From positions 64,420,001 to 64,484,000 of the forward strand of contig NC_087436.1 of assembly GCF_036321535.1 (NCBI RefSeq): 64,000 nt of DNA, written 5' to 3'. The DNA is from Camelus dromedarius (Eukaryota). Below are positions 13,147 to 26,770 of the stretch, piece by piece. The notes below the pieces were generated by a model that saw only the letters and a list, made by a program, of their open reading frames with translations, made no database searches and was not told where the DNA came from. The translations under genes were made by a program, and so were the position numbers. How positions within the stretch are numbered: position 1 is the stretch's first letter; the number at the start of each line of letters is the position of its first letter.

Positions 13147-14442
13147 ATTCTAAATGCAAAAAGAAACACCAAGTGCCAATCATTGAAAATAGCAATCTGA
13201 CAACCAAGAAAATAAATGCATTGCATTTACCTAATGGCTGCTTATTCTCTTTAAAGGTGGGTTGTGATACCAGATTTTTTTCACTTTTCTTTTTTACCAC
13301 AAACTTTAAATTATTGATGGCTTTTCCTAAACATGCATAAATTTTGAAGCATATATCTCAGATAATTCACTGTGTTATATGAGTATTATAATACCATTTG
13401 AATATTTTTCTTTAATATATGGAATAAGAACCACAACTTTGAAAAAGACAAATGTTAAACTATCCTTGAAGACAATTTCTGTTCTCATTATAAGATGTCA
13501 TAAGTTGCCATCAGAGTCATTCTAAGATGGATCAACTAACACTGTTATCATCTTAAGGCCCTTAGCAACTGTAGAAGAGGTTATCCAGTTGTGAATGATA
13601 TGTAGCAGGTTTCTGGACGTGTGGCATGCTAGATTTTCATTGTGCCAGGTTCCTAGGTGACCTACACCTGTACATTATCTCTAGAAAGAAGTTATTTCTC
13701 ATCTCAATACTGAAAATAAATGTTTCTAGAGGCAGAGAGATGTGCAGTAAATACAGAAAAAACTTTGGGAAAGTTTTACAGAAAAATATCTTCTATGAAA
13801 GCTGTATTATATAGATGTTATTATGTAAAATGTTAAAAGAGTTAAAAGATTATCAGAATATGAAATAGTTAATACAGATAGTCCTGAAAGAATTATCATC
13901 TTCTTTAAATTTTAAATAATGCTTTGAGATGATCATGAAATAATAAATGTTCACTTTGTTTTAAAAAGGAGAAAAAGTACTAAGAAACTGAAAAATCATA
14001 ACTATTCTACATCTCAGTGTTAATCACTGTTGCTACAAATCCTTCATAGCTATTCTTTACATTTATGCTTTCATACAGCATACATGTATGAACTACGTGT
14101 ATTTTTTAATGCTTTTAAACTATTTTTTAATGCTTTTATTTTAAATTTCAATATGGAGGGGTTTTTTTTCAGGTTAATAAAGGAAGAGTTACATCACCAT
14201 TTTTAAATGTCTGTCGAGTATCACATTGTAAGGATGAATTCTAATGTGTTTAACCAGACTCTCTATATCAGAATGCTTATACCATATACATACTTACAAA
14301 TAAAATAGCTTTAAATTTGAAAAAAATACTTTTTTTAATATGTCCCAATTTGGGGGACACAATTGTTAAATATTCTCCAAATTTTATAATATCTTAAATA
14401 TGGGGTGCTTTTCACTAGAGAAGGGAACTTAAGAGAATGGTA

Positions 14443-15011
14443 TGTCAGGTACGGTTGTTTGCCTACCACAAACCCATCCTCTAACCACCCCTGCTTTCTT
14501 ACTCACTAGCATAACCCTGATTTGTTCTCTCTCTTGTAATTGGCCATGTGCTTCAGAGAGGCCTAGGGGTGCCTCTCTGGCCCTGTGATGATGAACCTTC
14601 ACTGAGTTAAACCAGTCATGAGGATGTCCTTTCCCTCTGGGATGGTTTTAGGCATATTCTTTGGCTCATTTTGGCCAATGCCCATTAAAGGTAGTTTGCT
14701 GAGTGGTTCATGTGTAGAACATCTGCATTCTTAAAATGAGGCATAAGATAGGAAGTTTACTTTTTCTGGATTTTACCTTTGCATAGCTTCTACAAATGTA
14801 GTGACTGTCTTAGGACCATAAGATAAAATCCAAGAAAATTTCAAAGAATCCAAGTCACAGCCATGACTTTGTTAAATCTCTGAATTAACCAACTTGAACC
14901 AGCCCATCTTCCAATTTTTTTTAATATGTAAGCTGACGTAACTCTTATTTTTAAGCCACTTTACTTTGTATTTGCTGGTTTTTTTTTTTCATCCTAAAGC
15001 ATTCTGATACA
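14443..15011 (+). mobile_element. Old MaLR solo LTR (MLT1K/J/I-like)
   Basis: tgtcagg start; ttaaaccagtcatg, ttttggccaatg, ctgaattaaccaac, tttaagccacttt...aaagcattctgataca end. Confidence 0.72.
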
Positions 15012-17236
15012 AATAGAAATGTCCTTGCACTTCACTTGTACTTATTGCTTCCTGGTGATACCGTAATTCAAAGCAGTTAGAATATATGCTTGAAATGAGA
15101 CTCTGTCTGAGGTCATGACTGAACTTAATTCAATAGAACCAACCCAACAAAGCCCTATAGCAGAAGTCAGTGCTGAAGTAGCTTAGAGGAGAGTGATGCA
15201 TGAGAATTGTTGATCTTCAGTGTCTGGCATACTTGGGTTTTCTTTCATGGTTTGTTATGCTGCACCACATACCTTATGCTTACAAAGCATGAAGACAACT
15301 AAAATTATTTTTTATGTGATATAAAAACTTACTGCTTCACTCTTCAAAAAAATCTATGTATGAGGACAAAGTTAGATGCAAAAGTTCATTTGTCTCTGCT
15401 ATATATTCTGCTTTGGAAGTTGTATGTATATAGTCTTCATATACACACAGAATTATTGATTTGCTTTCATTTAGCACTTTATTAAAAGCAAATGTGAGGA
15501 AGCCAAAGCCGTTTTCCTGGCTCATCTTATGTTGTTCCTCTTTTTGGCTTTCCTGTTAACTGACTTCAGTAGCCAGCATTAGTAAAATTCCTTTTTCTTT
15601 CCAATTCTCATTCTCAAGGTTTGATTTCATTACTTTTAATTTCTCTCATACATGAATAGTTTGATTTGGAAATATCACACATCATCAAAGAAAAACCTAA
15701 CTAAATGACTCAGCATGGTATCTCTTGTCTTAGCCCTGTCATGGCAGGTAGGGAGCTTTTTAGCTTAGGGAAGAAAAGAACGCCTTGCAACATTCTTAAG
15801 AAGTGTAATGAATTATGTTTGTCTCTGACTTAAAAAAAAAAAAAAAAGTGGAACAACATAAGTAGTCCTGGAGAGTAAATTCATATATTAATATCTTATA
15901 AAACTGTCAGTGAAGTGAACATTGACTTCACTTAAGAAAAATACATATGTATAAAATATTGTTCCTTTATATTTAGGAGAAAACAAGTAATACCTCTATT
16001 TGCTATATTTTCACATAATGAATTCAGATGCACACTCTAATTTATTTAGTTAACCATACATTCAAGTAAGGAATGTCCAGCTCTGATATGCTGCCACAAG
16101 TAGACAATAATAAACTAATACAGATGCAATTCCAGTTACTTTTAAATGAAAAGATTTTCATAATTCTATATAGCCATTGTTATAGCATTCAACTCCCACC
16201 AGAAGATTACAACTTAGAAATCACTGATACGTAACTCAGGACTGAAATGCATTTCCAAGCAATATTTGTGAACATGTTAATTTTAAAAGCACATTTCCAT
16301 TTATTTTAAACACATGCTGCTATGAATTGTATTCATGTCTGACATAGCTAATTATTTTATTTTTGGAATGGGCTCCATAAATATTCTTTGGATGCTGACT
16401 GACGATTATGATAATTTGTTCTGTCAAATATTACCCAGAGATGTGTGGAATATTTGGAAATTGGACTTCCTTGCAAGATTACCACATTTTCAAACACATT
16501 TCTATATTTTCAGGATATTATGAAGTTAATTTGAAAAATTCCTAAAATAAGCCTTTAAGGCTTATAAATTTATATTATAATAAGAAAATCTGGAAAGGTT
16601 TTTATTTTTTAAATTGCTACTGAAAAAGTTTAGAACGTAGGCAAATAATATCTTTTTAGTGCAGTGAAGAATTAGTATTTTAAATTAGACTTTGTCAAAA
16701 TAAAATCATTTATTTAACTCTGCAGATACAAAATAATCACTTTTTGCTTATTAATAGAAAGGTGTGCTAACACTGAAACAAGTTCAATTTACTATGAATC
16801 AATCAGGTTTCATAATAATTTCTTAATACTTCATATTTCATATTTATGAAGTTTTATGTAAGTTCAAAATTGAAACAACATCCCAGTTTTTGTAAAATGT
16901 TTTAAAGTTACCTTTATTGGTCAGACAAATCTGACTCAGTTTCTCACATCTGTATCAATAAGCTTTATGCATTGAAAATTCCATTTTGATCAAACAATAC
17001 AAATATATAATATGATATCTTTTAGCCAAACTATAATCAAAACATTTATTTGTACTGAAATATAATGTATATAAATGGAAGCTTATGTGTCCTTTTAATA
17101 TATAAAACTGTAAGTTATAGAGGCATTAGACACCTTAGCCATTTTCCACTGCAATGATATACATCTTCCTATGTAAGATTTCTTCAGGGTGACCACCTCA
17201 CGAGACACAGTATTAATATCTTTTTGCTTAAGTCCT

Positions 17237-17720
17237 TGTGGTAGGCTGAATGATGACCCCCCACAATGATATTGACATTGTTATCCGCATAACCTGTGAG
17301 TTCTACTTTATATGGCCAAGGTAACTTTACATATGTGACAATGTTAAGGCTCTTGAGATGGGCACATTATCCTGGATTATAGAGGTGGGCCTTAAGTGTA
17401 ATCACAAGGGTCCTTTTAAGAGGGAGGCAAGAAGGTCAAAGAAGGAAATGTCACATTAGAATCAGGATGAAAAAAGGTGATGTGGGGCCACAAGCTAAGG
17501 AATGAGGACACAGCCTCTATAAAATGAGAAAAAAAAAAAGGCAAGAAGACATTTTCTCCAGAGCTTCCATGTGAAATCTACCCTGCCAACACCTTGGTCT
17601 TAGCCCTAAAAGACATGTTACGGACTTCTGCCTCCAAACCTATAAGAGAAAAGATTTGCATTGTTTTAAGCCACTAAATTTGTGGTAATTTGTTCCAGAA
17701 GCAACAAGAAAATTAATGTA
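17237..17720 (+). mobile_element. MaLR solo LTR, MLT1D-like
   Basis: tgtggtaggctgaatgatg..., cttgagatggg...attatcctggattat, gtaatcacaagggtcctt, ttttaagccactaaatttgtggtaatttgtt. Confidence 0.9.
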
Positions 17721-19889
17721 GTATCCTGGTTTCTGTGGTCCTCCTCATTCTTCATCTCGGTTATGTTTTCACTTGCTTGTGTCAAATCATATTTTTCTAA
17801 TATGAAGAGTGTTTGTAAAATTACATATAAAAGAATATAGAAAATGAAAGACATGAGGCTAGAGAATTACCTTATGAATTATGGAACTTGGTTTACATGC
17901 ATTGTCACAATGTGTTCTGTAAGATCCTACAGTATTTTTAGTTTACAATTTAGAATCAATTTTCTCAAAAATTAAAACACCAAATTAGGGCCTTATAACT
18001 TTCGTTCCTCTTCTTAAATTGCCACTTAACTTGTATATGGACAGCACTGGCTTTGGCACATTCCTTTGTGAATGCTAGGTATATAATGACAATATAAGAA
18101 TTACAGAAATTTTTTAATGTTTATGATGATCGATTTCTTTTTCTCTGAGTATTTAGTTCTTTTATTATTTGGGATCTGGATGATTCCTTTATGACGTATA
18201 TATTCATATTCTACCATGAGATCCTTATCTTTTACAGGCTTCTAAATTCAAAATGAATGACATATTAGCAGTACTCAGAGTGACAGGCAGTGGAACATAC
18301 AGAAAGTACAGTCTTGAGGAAAAGGAGTTATGTTTAGTGACAGTGAACAAAATACTGTTGTTATTACAAATGAATATACATTTTTTATATTGCTCCATTC
18401 CATTCCTGAGAATTAAAAACTCCTAGTTACCCTGATTAACCATTTTCAGATTTTAAACATTAATGTATTGTGATGATGGTGCCTTTTTTTTGCATAAAAC
18501 ATTTTCCTCTTACAACATAATGCCTTATTATATGATTCAAAGACTGTTTTCCCATATTTTAGATAATGTGAATTCATTAAGTATACTAAGTATAATATGT
18601 TTCTTCATCACACATGCTTTTGTATAAATGTCATCTGATAAGTACTAATGTAAATTCATATGACTAATTTTGCTAACAAAAAGACTCACAAAACTACCTT
18701 TTTTAAACACAATCATATCTTGTTATTCCAGTGATTTTAAATGGAGTTTTATGTATTTACACGGCTGAAGCAGTAATTGAGAAGTTTCTGAACATTCCCA
18801 GGATTTTTTTTTTGTACACACTGATTTTAGAGTGTAATAAAAATATGTAATTGGGTTTATTAATGGAGAACACTATGGATTACACTCCTAGCATATAAAT
18901 ATAACAATGTTTTATTTAAATTATTTTAATGGTACCATTTTAGATTACTAGAACAATGGAACCAACCAACACAATCCTTACATGTCTAGTATGTAAGAAT
19001 GTTTTAAAATATAGTTATGTTTAAGATTCATTTTTGAATGCTTCATCTACAAATACATTGTAACCAAACAGGAGATAATGGGCTGATAATTTTTATATGG
19101 ATAATGGAAGTTAAAACAAACATCACTTTATTAAATTTAGCAGAAAAGAGGCTGATTATTTTATATATAATGAGAACTTACTCAATAGTTGATGAAACCA
19201 TAGCAATATCATTTTTATTATATGTTACAGTATGTTGTAGCAAATGGAGGAACTTTTTTGCCCCAGAGGTGACTTTTTCATTATCATACTTAACTAATTT
19301 TGTTCTTATACTGCTATGAACCATATTGGAATGAATAAGTTAGCAGCAAATGATTCTGTATCTGATTACTAATCCTGTGATGATGTGTATCTTCCCTGGC
19401 AGTCATCATAAGACATATTTTAAGTTAAACAATATTGCTTTAAAATTAATGCCAGTAACCAATAGCATTCAACATATTAAATGACATTTATTAAATAAAG
19501 TTGATCAGTAGATGGCAACTACACTTAAATTGGAGCTTGTATGTGGGTTTAATTAAAATGACATGTTTTTGGTTTTGTTTTTTTTTCTTTCAGAAGTCTA
19601 TATAAAAATAAATATTCAGTTATCCTATTACTCCCTCTACCTTATGTTCAGAAATTTATCTTTCTGACGGCTGCATGCTATTCAAATTGAGAAGGCCTGG
19701 TTATGTAATGATAATTTAAATTCAGAGCTTCCTTGGAATGCTTGATTCACAGTACATCTGAATGAATTTTGGGCCATTTAGATGTATCAGATCATAGTAC
19801 TTCTGAGAACCTGTAAGAGTGAATTAAATTAGTTTCCCAGAGTGACCATGAAATGCATGACTCACTGTCTCACAAGACATTGGGATCGT

Positions 19890-20100
19890 CAATTTCAGGT
19901 CCCTGTTCTGGAGTCCAGTGACTATTATTTGATTACTGAGAGCCTGAAAAGTTACTTAACATCACCACACCTGTTCCCTCCTCTGTAAAGTTGGGAGTAG
20001 TACCAGTCATTTCAAAAAAAAAATAAAAGTGACAAGTGGATATATGTGAACATGTTTGATAAAGTTTAAATAGTTACTATAAAACTCAAACATTTACTAT
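19890..20100 (+). mobile_element. Diverged MIR
   Basis: aagttacttaac...cctctgtaaagttgggagtagtacc. Confidence 0.55.
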
Positions 20101-23100
20101 CCCAGGTAAAATACTTCGCATACAACTAATTTACTTGGCTTACTTTTATTTTATTTTTTTTTAATGTGAATCTGTTTTTACCTCTTCCTACTCTGAACCC
20201 AAAGAATTTATGTGCTTTTCTGTGTGTCATTTCTTCTAGTTGTGGGTTTCTCTCAGAAGACTTAGTCTATCTGGAATGAAGTGTTATTAACCCATCTCCC
20301 AAACAAATAACTAATGTTGATATTAATAAGGATAACTACAGCAACAAATAGTATACGATATAGTATAACTTGTGCACTTATATGATACTTTACAATTGTT
20401 CATTGCATTTTTATAAGCACATCAACTTTGTGAGGTAGTAAAATAACTGGTATCCATGTTATATGTGTAAGAATTGAGTCTCCAAGAGATTTCTTTGAGA
20501 ATTCTATCTGGTATTTGTTAGTGTCACCTGCTTTATTTATCAAATGCTTTATTTAAAAATTGTCCGTTCTTGGGGTAGAAAATTGTTATTGCATAAAATT
20601 TCTAATGAAAAAATATTGAAACTTTTATCAAAAGTTTAAGCCTTAACACTTTTATAAGAGTGTGGTATTTTCTCTGTGACTGTTAGTGGATTAGGATGCA
20701 TTTGACCATATTATTGCAGCATTTTCTCATCCTTTATTGTGGTTTTAAGAATATCTTTAATATCAGGGATACTGAGAATTATTTTTTAATTTATATTTAA
20801 ATTAAAAGTAAATACAAAGAAAATCTGAGTTTAAAGCACATGAGAACATTTAATTATTTTATTTCACTTTTATCATCAATAATATTTTAGAATGAAATTA
20901 CTTTTAACAACTTTTATATAGCAAAGTATTCTTACTGGTATCAGTTGATCAATAATCTTTAATCTAATATAAAGTTAATTTAATTTTGACTCATAGAGCC
21001 TGAAATCATAAAAAAAGAAAGGACAGACTTTTAAATTCCTGTTTTGAAATGTAGCTGGTCTTTAAATAATCAGTATTACATCTTATACAGAAATAATATT
21101 CCAGAGGTTTTCTACCTTTCTCCTTTTGGTTTTTAAGGATTTTAACTTATAAAAAGCATTTGGTATAGAAATAGTAATAGAATATAAATTATTTTAAAAA
21201 GTAAATGTTGTAAAGCATTGTTGTTTTCTATAGAATAATGATGACAATGACTGCAATCTATTCCTGGTATAGCATGTTTTGGTTTCTGTACCTCTCACAA
21301 ACACTATCTCATAAATTAGAAGACTTTCTTGATTCTTCTTTGGTTAACATTAAGTAAGATATTTGGGACTCAGAATGATGTCTAATGTCTATAACAAATG
21401 GTTACGTGTCTGAATTTTCTTACATATACATAATTAGTATTTTTGTAAATTATATATAATATGTAAAGTGGTGAGTGCACATATTTAAATAATTAGATGG
21501 ATAAATGGATGTGTGTAACATCCTTATTGTATTTTTAAATCTGATTTATACAAATATAACTATTTGAAATTCTTTTTGATTCATATTTGAATAACTATAA
21601 ATTTTAACTTTCATGCCCTACTCATAAAAGACTAGTAATTTGATTTGTTGATAACAGTGTTTAAATAATAAAAAACTTGTATTATATATGAAAATTACAA
21701 GAAGAGATACAGATTTTATATTAATTTCATTATTATTAGAACTGTAGTAATTAGAAAAAAAGTTGGTAATAGGGAATTAAAACAATAGGCCAAGAGAGAA
21801 AACATTATATATATATATACTATATTATGTATATGTGTATTTATTTCAAACTTACATAATTTAATGACTGGAGATCAGCAATAATGGTATATTTACAGAA
21901 TATTCAAATATCAAATGTTACCATGTATACTTTCATTCTCCATCATTTCTACTTCAAATGAATTCCTGGTAATAGCTGATTGTTTTTGTAACAATTATAG
22001 GCTTAATTGAGTTTGTATAGCTGCTCATTGTATAAAATCCTGAGATAGACTTATGACTTTATGTTTTCAAAGTATGATGTGAAAATTGTATTTCTTTAAC
22101 TGCAGAAAAATATGTCTTATAACTTGAGACAGCTTCTTCAAGTGGCTTTTCTATGTAATAGGAAAGTACTGCTATTTTTTGTTTAGTTTGAATACACTAA
22201 AATATCAAGCCACCTATTTCCAATGCATGTGTGAGGACAGCCACATTTACATTAATATTATTACACAGTTGTCTGATAATCATTCTTAGACACTTAAGTT
22301 TATGGAAGAGAACCTTAGAATGTGTTGATACTCAGGATTAGTTGTTATGCTAAATTACCTGATGAGTATGGAATAGTGGCTTTTATTAATCTTTCACTAA
22401 TAACATAGGATATATTTTTCAGTTTAAGACATTCACTTATGAATCAATTTTTATTTAGGGTCTAAATAAAATCCTTATTAATCCTGACAAATGGTAGCCT
22501 TGAGTAAATACAAAGCATTTTTACTCTTAATCAAAATGAGTTCTGCCCTAAATACTCCTTATCCAGCAAGTATTCTAGCAAGGATTCAGAGGTATAGGTC
22601 ATACTACAGGAAGAAGCACCTATTTAAGAAAGTAGCAGAAAAATCTAGCCTGAGATACTGTATTTCTGAAATGAATAAACAACGTAAAACAGGACAGCTA
22701 GAGTATCTTATTCTGTACACTTAGTGCCAGAATTTTAGGTGGGAAAAACCATTGTTTTTTCCACAGAAATGCCTACTTATTGATAAATTATTGAGACTAG
22801 AAAATTTCTGAGTAAACTGAGGCTACTGTGAACTTGCATATCTTTTTCAGAGTAAGAATCAATTTCATTGTATGTATATTTATCCATGAGTATATTTGGA
22901 TAACCCAGATCTGTTTAGCCCAATTACCACAAAAGATGTCCAGTGTATGTTTCTATTTCAATAGTGATGTCTGATTATTCTCTTTGGAGATTTTAAGTTA
23001 TCTTAAAGTATAGGATATTGGCATTTATGAATAGCAATCTGTAAGGTTAGTGTCGATATTTGGCTGAATATAAGAATCAGTTTTTAGAAATGGTTTTACT

Positions 23101-23625
23101 TATGAGGTTAGTTATTATTAATTTATATAGATTAAATTTTAGATATATTTTAATATTTAAATATTAACCATTTATTGACTTTATTTTTTAGGTTTGGCTA
23201 AAAGTTTTCAACACTATATGTTCACTGCCTTTAAAATAAATGGCATGATATTCAGTGAATTTATTTTACTACTGCCTAATAAAACTCTGTGGTTATATTT
23301 TCTAAATTTTTTTTTTTAACACTAGGAGTCTTTCCTACCAAAAATTCTGTCTTCACATGGCAGTATCCTTCAGTTAATGTTGCTTAAGAGTATTTAACTT
23401 CTAACTCAAAATCACGCTGTGTTCAATCAAATATTAAATTAGTTTAATATTAGTTTAATGTCTAATTTTAAAAAATGTAGTATAGATTTTTCCTTAATAA
23501 GTCTGAACCCTAAATTGACCAAAATCTTATTTAAATCTGTGAAATAGGAACTAGAAGTAGTATTGATGTTAATGATGATTTAACAGTGCACAAGCTTATT
23601 ATTTTTTCTTTTCTTTTGACTTCAG

Positions 23626-23735
23626 GTGCAATAACAGAACCCAGTGTGCAGTGGTGGCAGGTCCTGATGTTTTTCCAGACCCATGTCCGGGAACCTATAA
23701 ATACCTTGAAGTGCAGTATGAATGTGTCCCTTACA
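23626..23735 (+). CDS. ADGRL3: Internal coding exon of adhesion GPCR L3 (latrophilin-3), C-terminal half of the SUEL/rhamnose-binding lectin domain
   Basis: Acceptor ttttttcttttcttttgacttcag ends at 23625; donor TACA|gtatgt starts at 23736. 110 nt = 1 + 36 codons + 1, translating from 23627 to [36 protein letters not shown]. The AVVAGPDV segment matches latrophilin-3 as I recall it (ADGRL1 VVVAGSDA, ADGRL2 IVVTGSDV). Confidence 0.96.
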
Positions 23736-25921
23736 GTATGTATATTCCTGTCATTTTATTGTAAAAAGGAAAAAATATTAAGCTTTGTTTTGCATGCATT
23801 GACAAAATTTCTATGAAAACATATAAATCACATAAATTTTATGAAGAAAACTGACTAATTTTAATTGTTCAGGATCACAAAACTCTCCCCACTATTGAAA
23901 GAATTAGATGTTGCCTACATGATCCTGCAGCATTTAATTTTGAGTATACATTTCTGTACATCAGTATCTATTCTAAGACTTTTCTTAATGCAAGAATATA
24001 AAATATTTAGAAAAGGGATGAAAGAGTGGTATGTCAATACTGCATCCTTCCAGGTCCATGCAAACAGAAGTGAAAGTGAATAATATACTTGTATATATAG
24101 TAGTATAGAATTTGATAAATTTTGAATTTGATAGAAGCAATTATATCTAAGCTTTCTGGGCTGCCAGCATTTTGAGAATCAGAAATATATTCATCCAGAG
24201 GGAGCAGACTGGAAAGAAAATACAAGGATTACGTGAACTAAAGCACTCTTTAGAATGTGTATGTTTTACAGCTTTAAGAAATGTGTCTTTGCAACCTTTA
24301 TGTCAGAGATGGTATAAGGCAACAACTTCTTTTTTTCTTAAGGAATAATGAAGAATCAAACAATCAAAACTGAAACTTGTTTTCTGATTTTTTTTTTATC
24401 CAAAGATAGAATCAGCATCTCAAAAATATTTTTCATGTGACTAGCTAATTATTCATGGGGTACCTTAGTGAAGATCACTCAGGAAATCCTGTATTCTCGT
24501 ATTAGATATGCAGCTCATCCAAGAGGTAGAAAACTCCTGGGGTCACAAACAAATCCCAGGTTCCAACTTGCTTTAACATCTGAGATGAAGCAAAGTATCT
24601 AGGGATCAGCAAGTTTACTGTGCCAAGAGGTAATTCTAGGCTTGCCTCAGTTCTGTTTATTTTAAAAGCATCACATTGCTCATGAGCTCTAAGTGTGCAT
24701 ACTTCAATAATAGAGAGAAATTTGGCCAGCAAGAAATGAATTGAAATTTAAAATAATGAAAGCAATTAAGAGAAAATTTCATTTTTCCTTCATTTACAGT
24801 GTGATTGATAAGAGAAAGTTTATCTAGTGAAGTTTTATAGCTAATTTTCTTTGTTGTGAAAAAGCAGAAGTGTTTAGGTTTCACTGAAGCCTCAATTGAA
24901 GTTTTGTTTCTTATATTTTCATCTCTAGGGACCTTTCTATGAAAACACAAAGCTAAATGACCATTTATCATTTACTAGCAGTATTTTAAAGAAATAAAAT
25001 CTGTAGTCCATTTTGGAACTGTGGCAGTTATACTTGGATTATATAATAAGATCTGAAATACATAGAATAGCTATATCCAAAGGCAATTTATTAAAGTATA
25101 AAATAAGGCATGCCTCATTTTTAAAGACAGTTTTAAGAAACTTGCAGTCATATTCCTGAAACGTGAAAGCTGAAGTAGGTTTGTCAAATTATAGGTTTTT
25201 TTCACAATTTTTTTCAAATTAAAGAATTTTACATTTTCTTCAATTTTCTGTATTTCTTCAACAATCCTTTGAAGATAACTACTCTAATATACTGTGCCAA
25301 ACTCATTCTGAAAAATCATCTTCTTAAATCATTTCAATATAAGTAAGAACTTGCTCATACACTTTTGCATAAAAGGATTATGGTTTACCACAGATTTCTT
25401 TTCTATCTTATGTATTTTTAGAGATAGGTGATTTGAATTCCTAAATATCCTATAATTTATAGGTTTCTGGTAATCCTGAAAATGTACTGATTGCCTTAGA
25501 AGTATGTTCACATTCTATTTAAGTACTTATCTCATTGTTTCATTAAATAAGAATTATAAAATCAGGTGCAACCACTTGCTAGTTTATATACTGGTTTAAT
25601 TTATATTTTATAGTATGATTGTTTTAATTTAAATTATCTTCAGTATGTTTCAGTTAAAAGTATAATGCATAACTGGGAATTCATTTTGTAAATTTAACAT
25701 GATTTTAAAAGAAAATAATTCAAAAAAGTATAAACTATAAAATTAACTACAGTGACTCATTTGCAAGGTAGACTGGTTTAGTAGGAAAATGATCAGAGAT
25801 CAGGAGGCCTGGGTTTAGAATATGATCTGATTACTTAACAAAAATGTGGATCCTTTAGCTCAGGTAAGCTATTAAAACTTTCTGGATATCACCTTAAAGA
25901 CTTTCCTTGATCTATGAAGTA

Positions 25922-26428
25922 CAGTAGTCCCCTGTTATCTGTGGTTTCACTTTCCTTGGTTTCAGTTACCCATGGTCAACCACAGTCTGAAAATATTAAA
26001 TGGAAAATTACAGAAAAAGAAGAATTCATAAGTTTTAAATCATGTGCCATTCTGAGTAGCATGATGAAATCTCCTACTGTTCCACCCCAAAAATGAATCA
26101 TCCCCGTGTCCGGCATATCTACTTAATGTGTGGCCCACCAGTTAGTCACTTGGTAGCCTTCTGGATTATCACTTTGACTGTCATGCTCTCACAGTGCTTG
26201 TGTTCAAGTAACCCATATTTTACTTAGTAATGGTCCCAACTGGCAAGACGAATGATGCTGGCAATTCAGATGATTTCTTAATGTGCCTAATTTATAAATT
26301 AAACTTTATCATAGGTATGTATGTATAGGAAGAAAAACAGTATATATAGGGTTCGGTATTATCCGCAGTTTCAGACCTCCACTGGGGAACTTAGAACATA
26401 TCCTCGTTGGATAAAGGGGGCACTGCTA
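25922..26428 (+). mobile_element. MER44B-like (Tigger7-derived) TcMar MITE
   Basis: TA|cagtagtcccctgttatc...ggataaagggggcactgcta|TA: terminal inverted repeats with TA target duplication; internal ggtttcagttacccatggtcaaccacagtctgaaaata. Confidence 0.9.
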
Positions 26429-26539
26429 TAAGTCCTGATTTAGACAACAGTAAGCTGTTTTTTTTCTCTCCAGCATAAAAAATACCAATTTTTTTCCCAA
26501 CGCTGAGAAGATTCGCTTATTAAAGTAACAGTCATGTAT

Positions 26540-26770
26540 CAATCCTTACTATATGTCATTTACTACATGGGTTATATGTATACACACGTTAGTGTATTTA
26601 GTTCTTACAGTAACCCCCCTGTTAGGTATGAGTATCACCATTTTACTGAACAGGAAACTGAAACTCAATAGGATAAGAAATGTCTCATGTTAAATGTGGA
26701 ATAGCTAGAAAATGGCAGAGCCAAGAGCTGAGTCTGTCTGTAATACCTGTTCTTAAGGACCCAGCTGTAG
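26540..26770 (-). mobile_element. MIR SINE
   Basis: ttcttacagtaacccc...ccattttactgaacaggaaactgaaactca...gctagaaaatggcagagcc. Confidence 0.8.

Larger units (their letters stand above)
1..23625 (+). other. ADGRL3: 3' part of the long ADGRL3 intron upstream of the exon (phase 2)
   Basis: No other latrophilin-like coding sequence found; ends in a polypyrimidine tract and AG. Confidence 0.85.

Noticed and set aside
15846..15860. aagtggaacaacata resembles the KVEQK microexon sequence
   Set aside because: Lies upstream of the lectin exon, is preceded by poly(A) rather than a polypyrimidine/AG acceptor, and would encode KVEQH.
23586..23816. 76-aa ORF overlapping the exon
   Set aside because: Different frame from the true exon, GTG start inside the intron, no recognisable protein.
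25850..25870. CAG|GTAAG as a recursive splice site
   Set aside because: Poor polypyrimidine tract with a competing AG just upstream, in MIR-like sequence.
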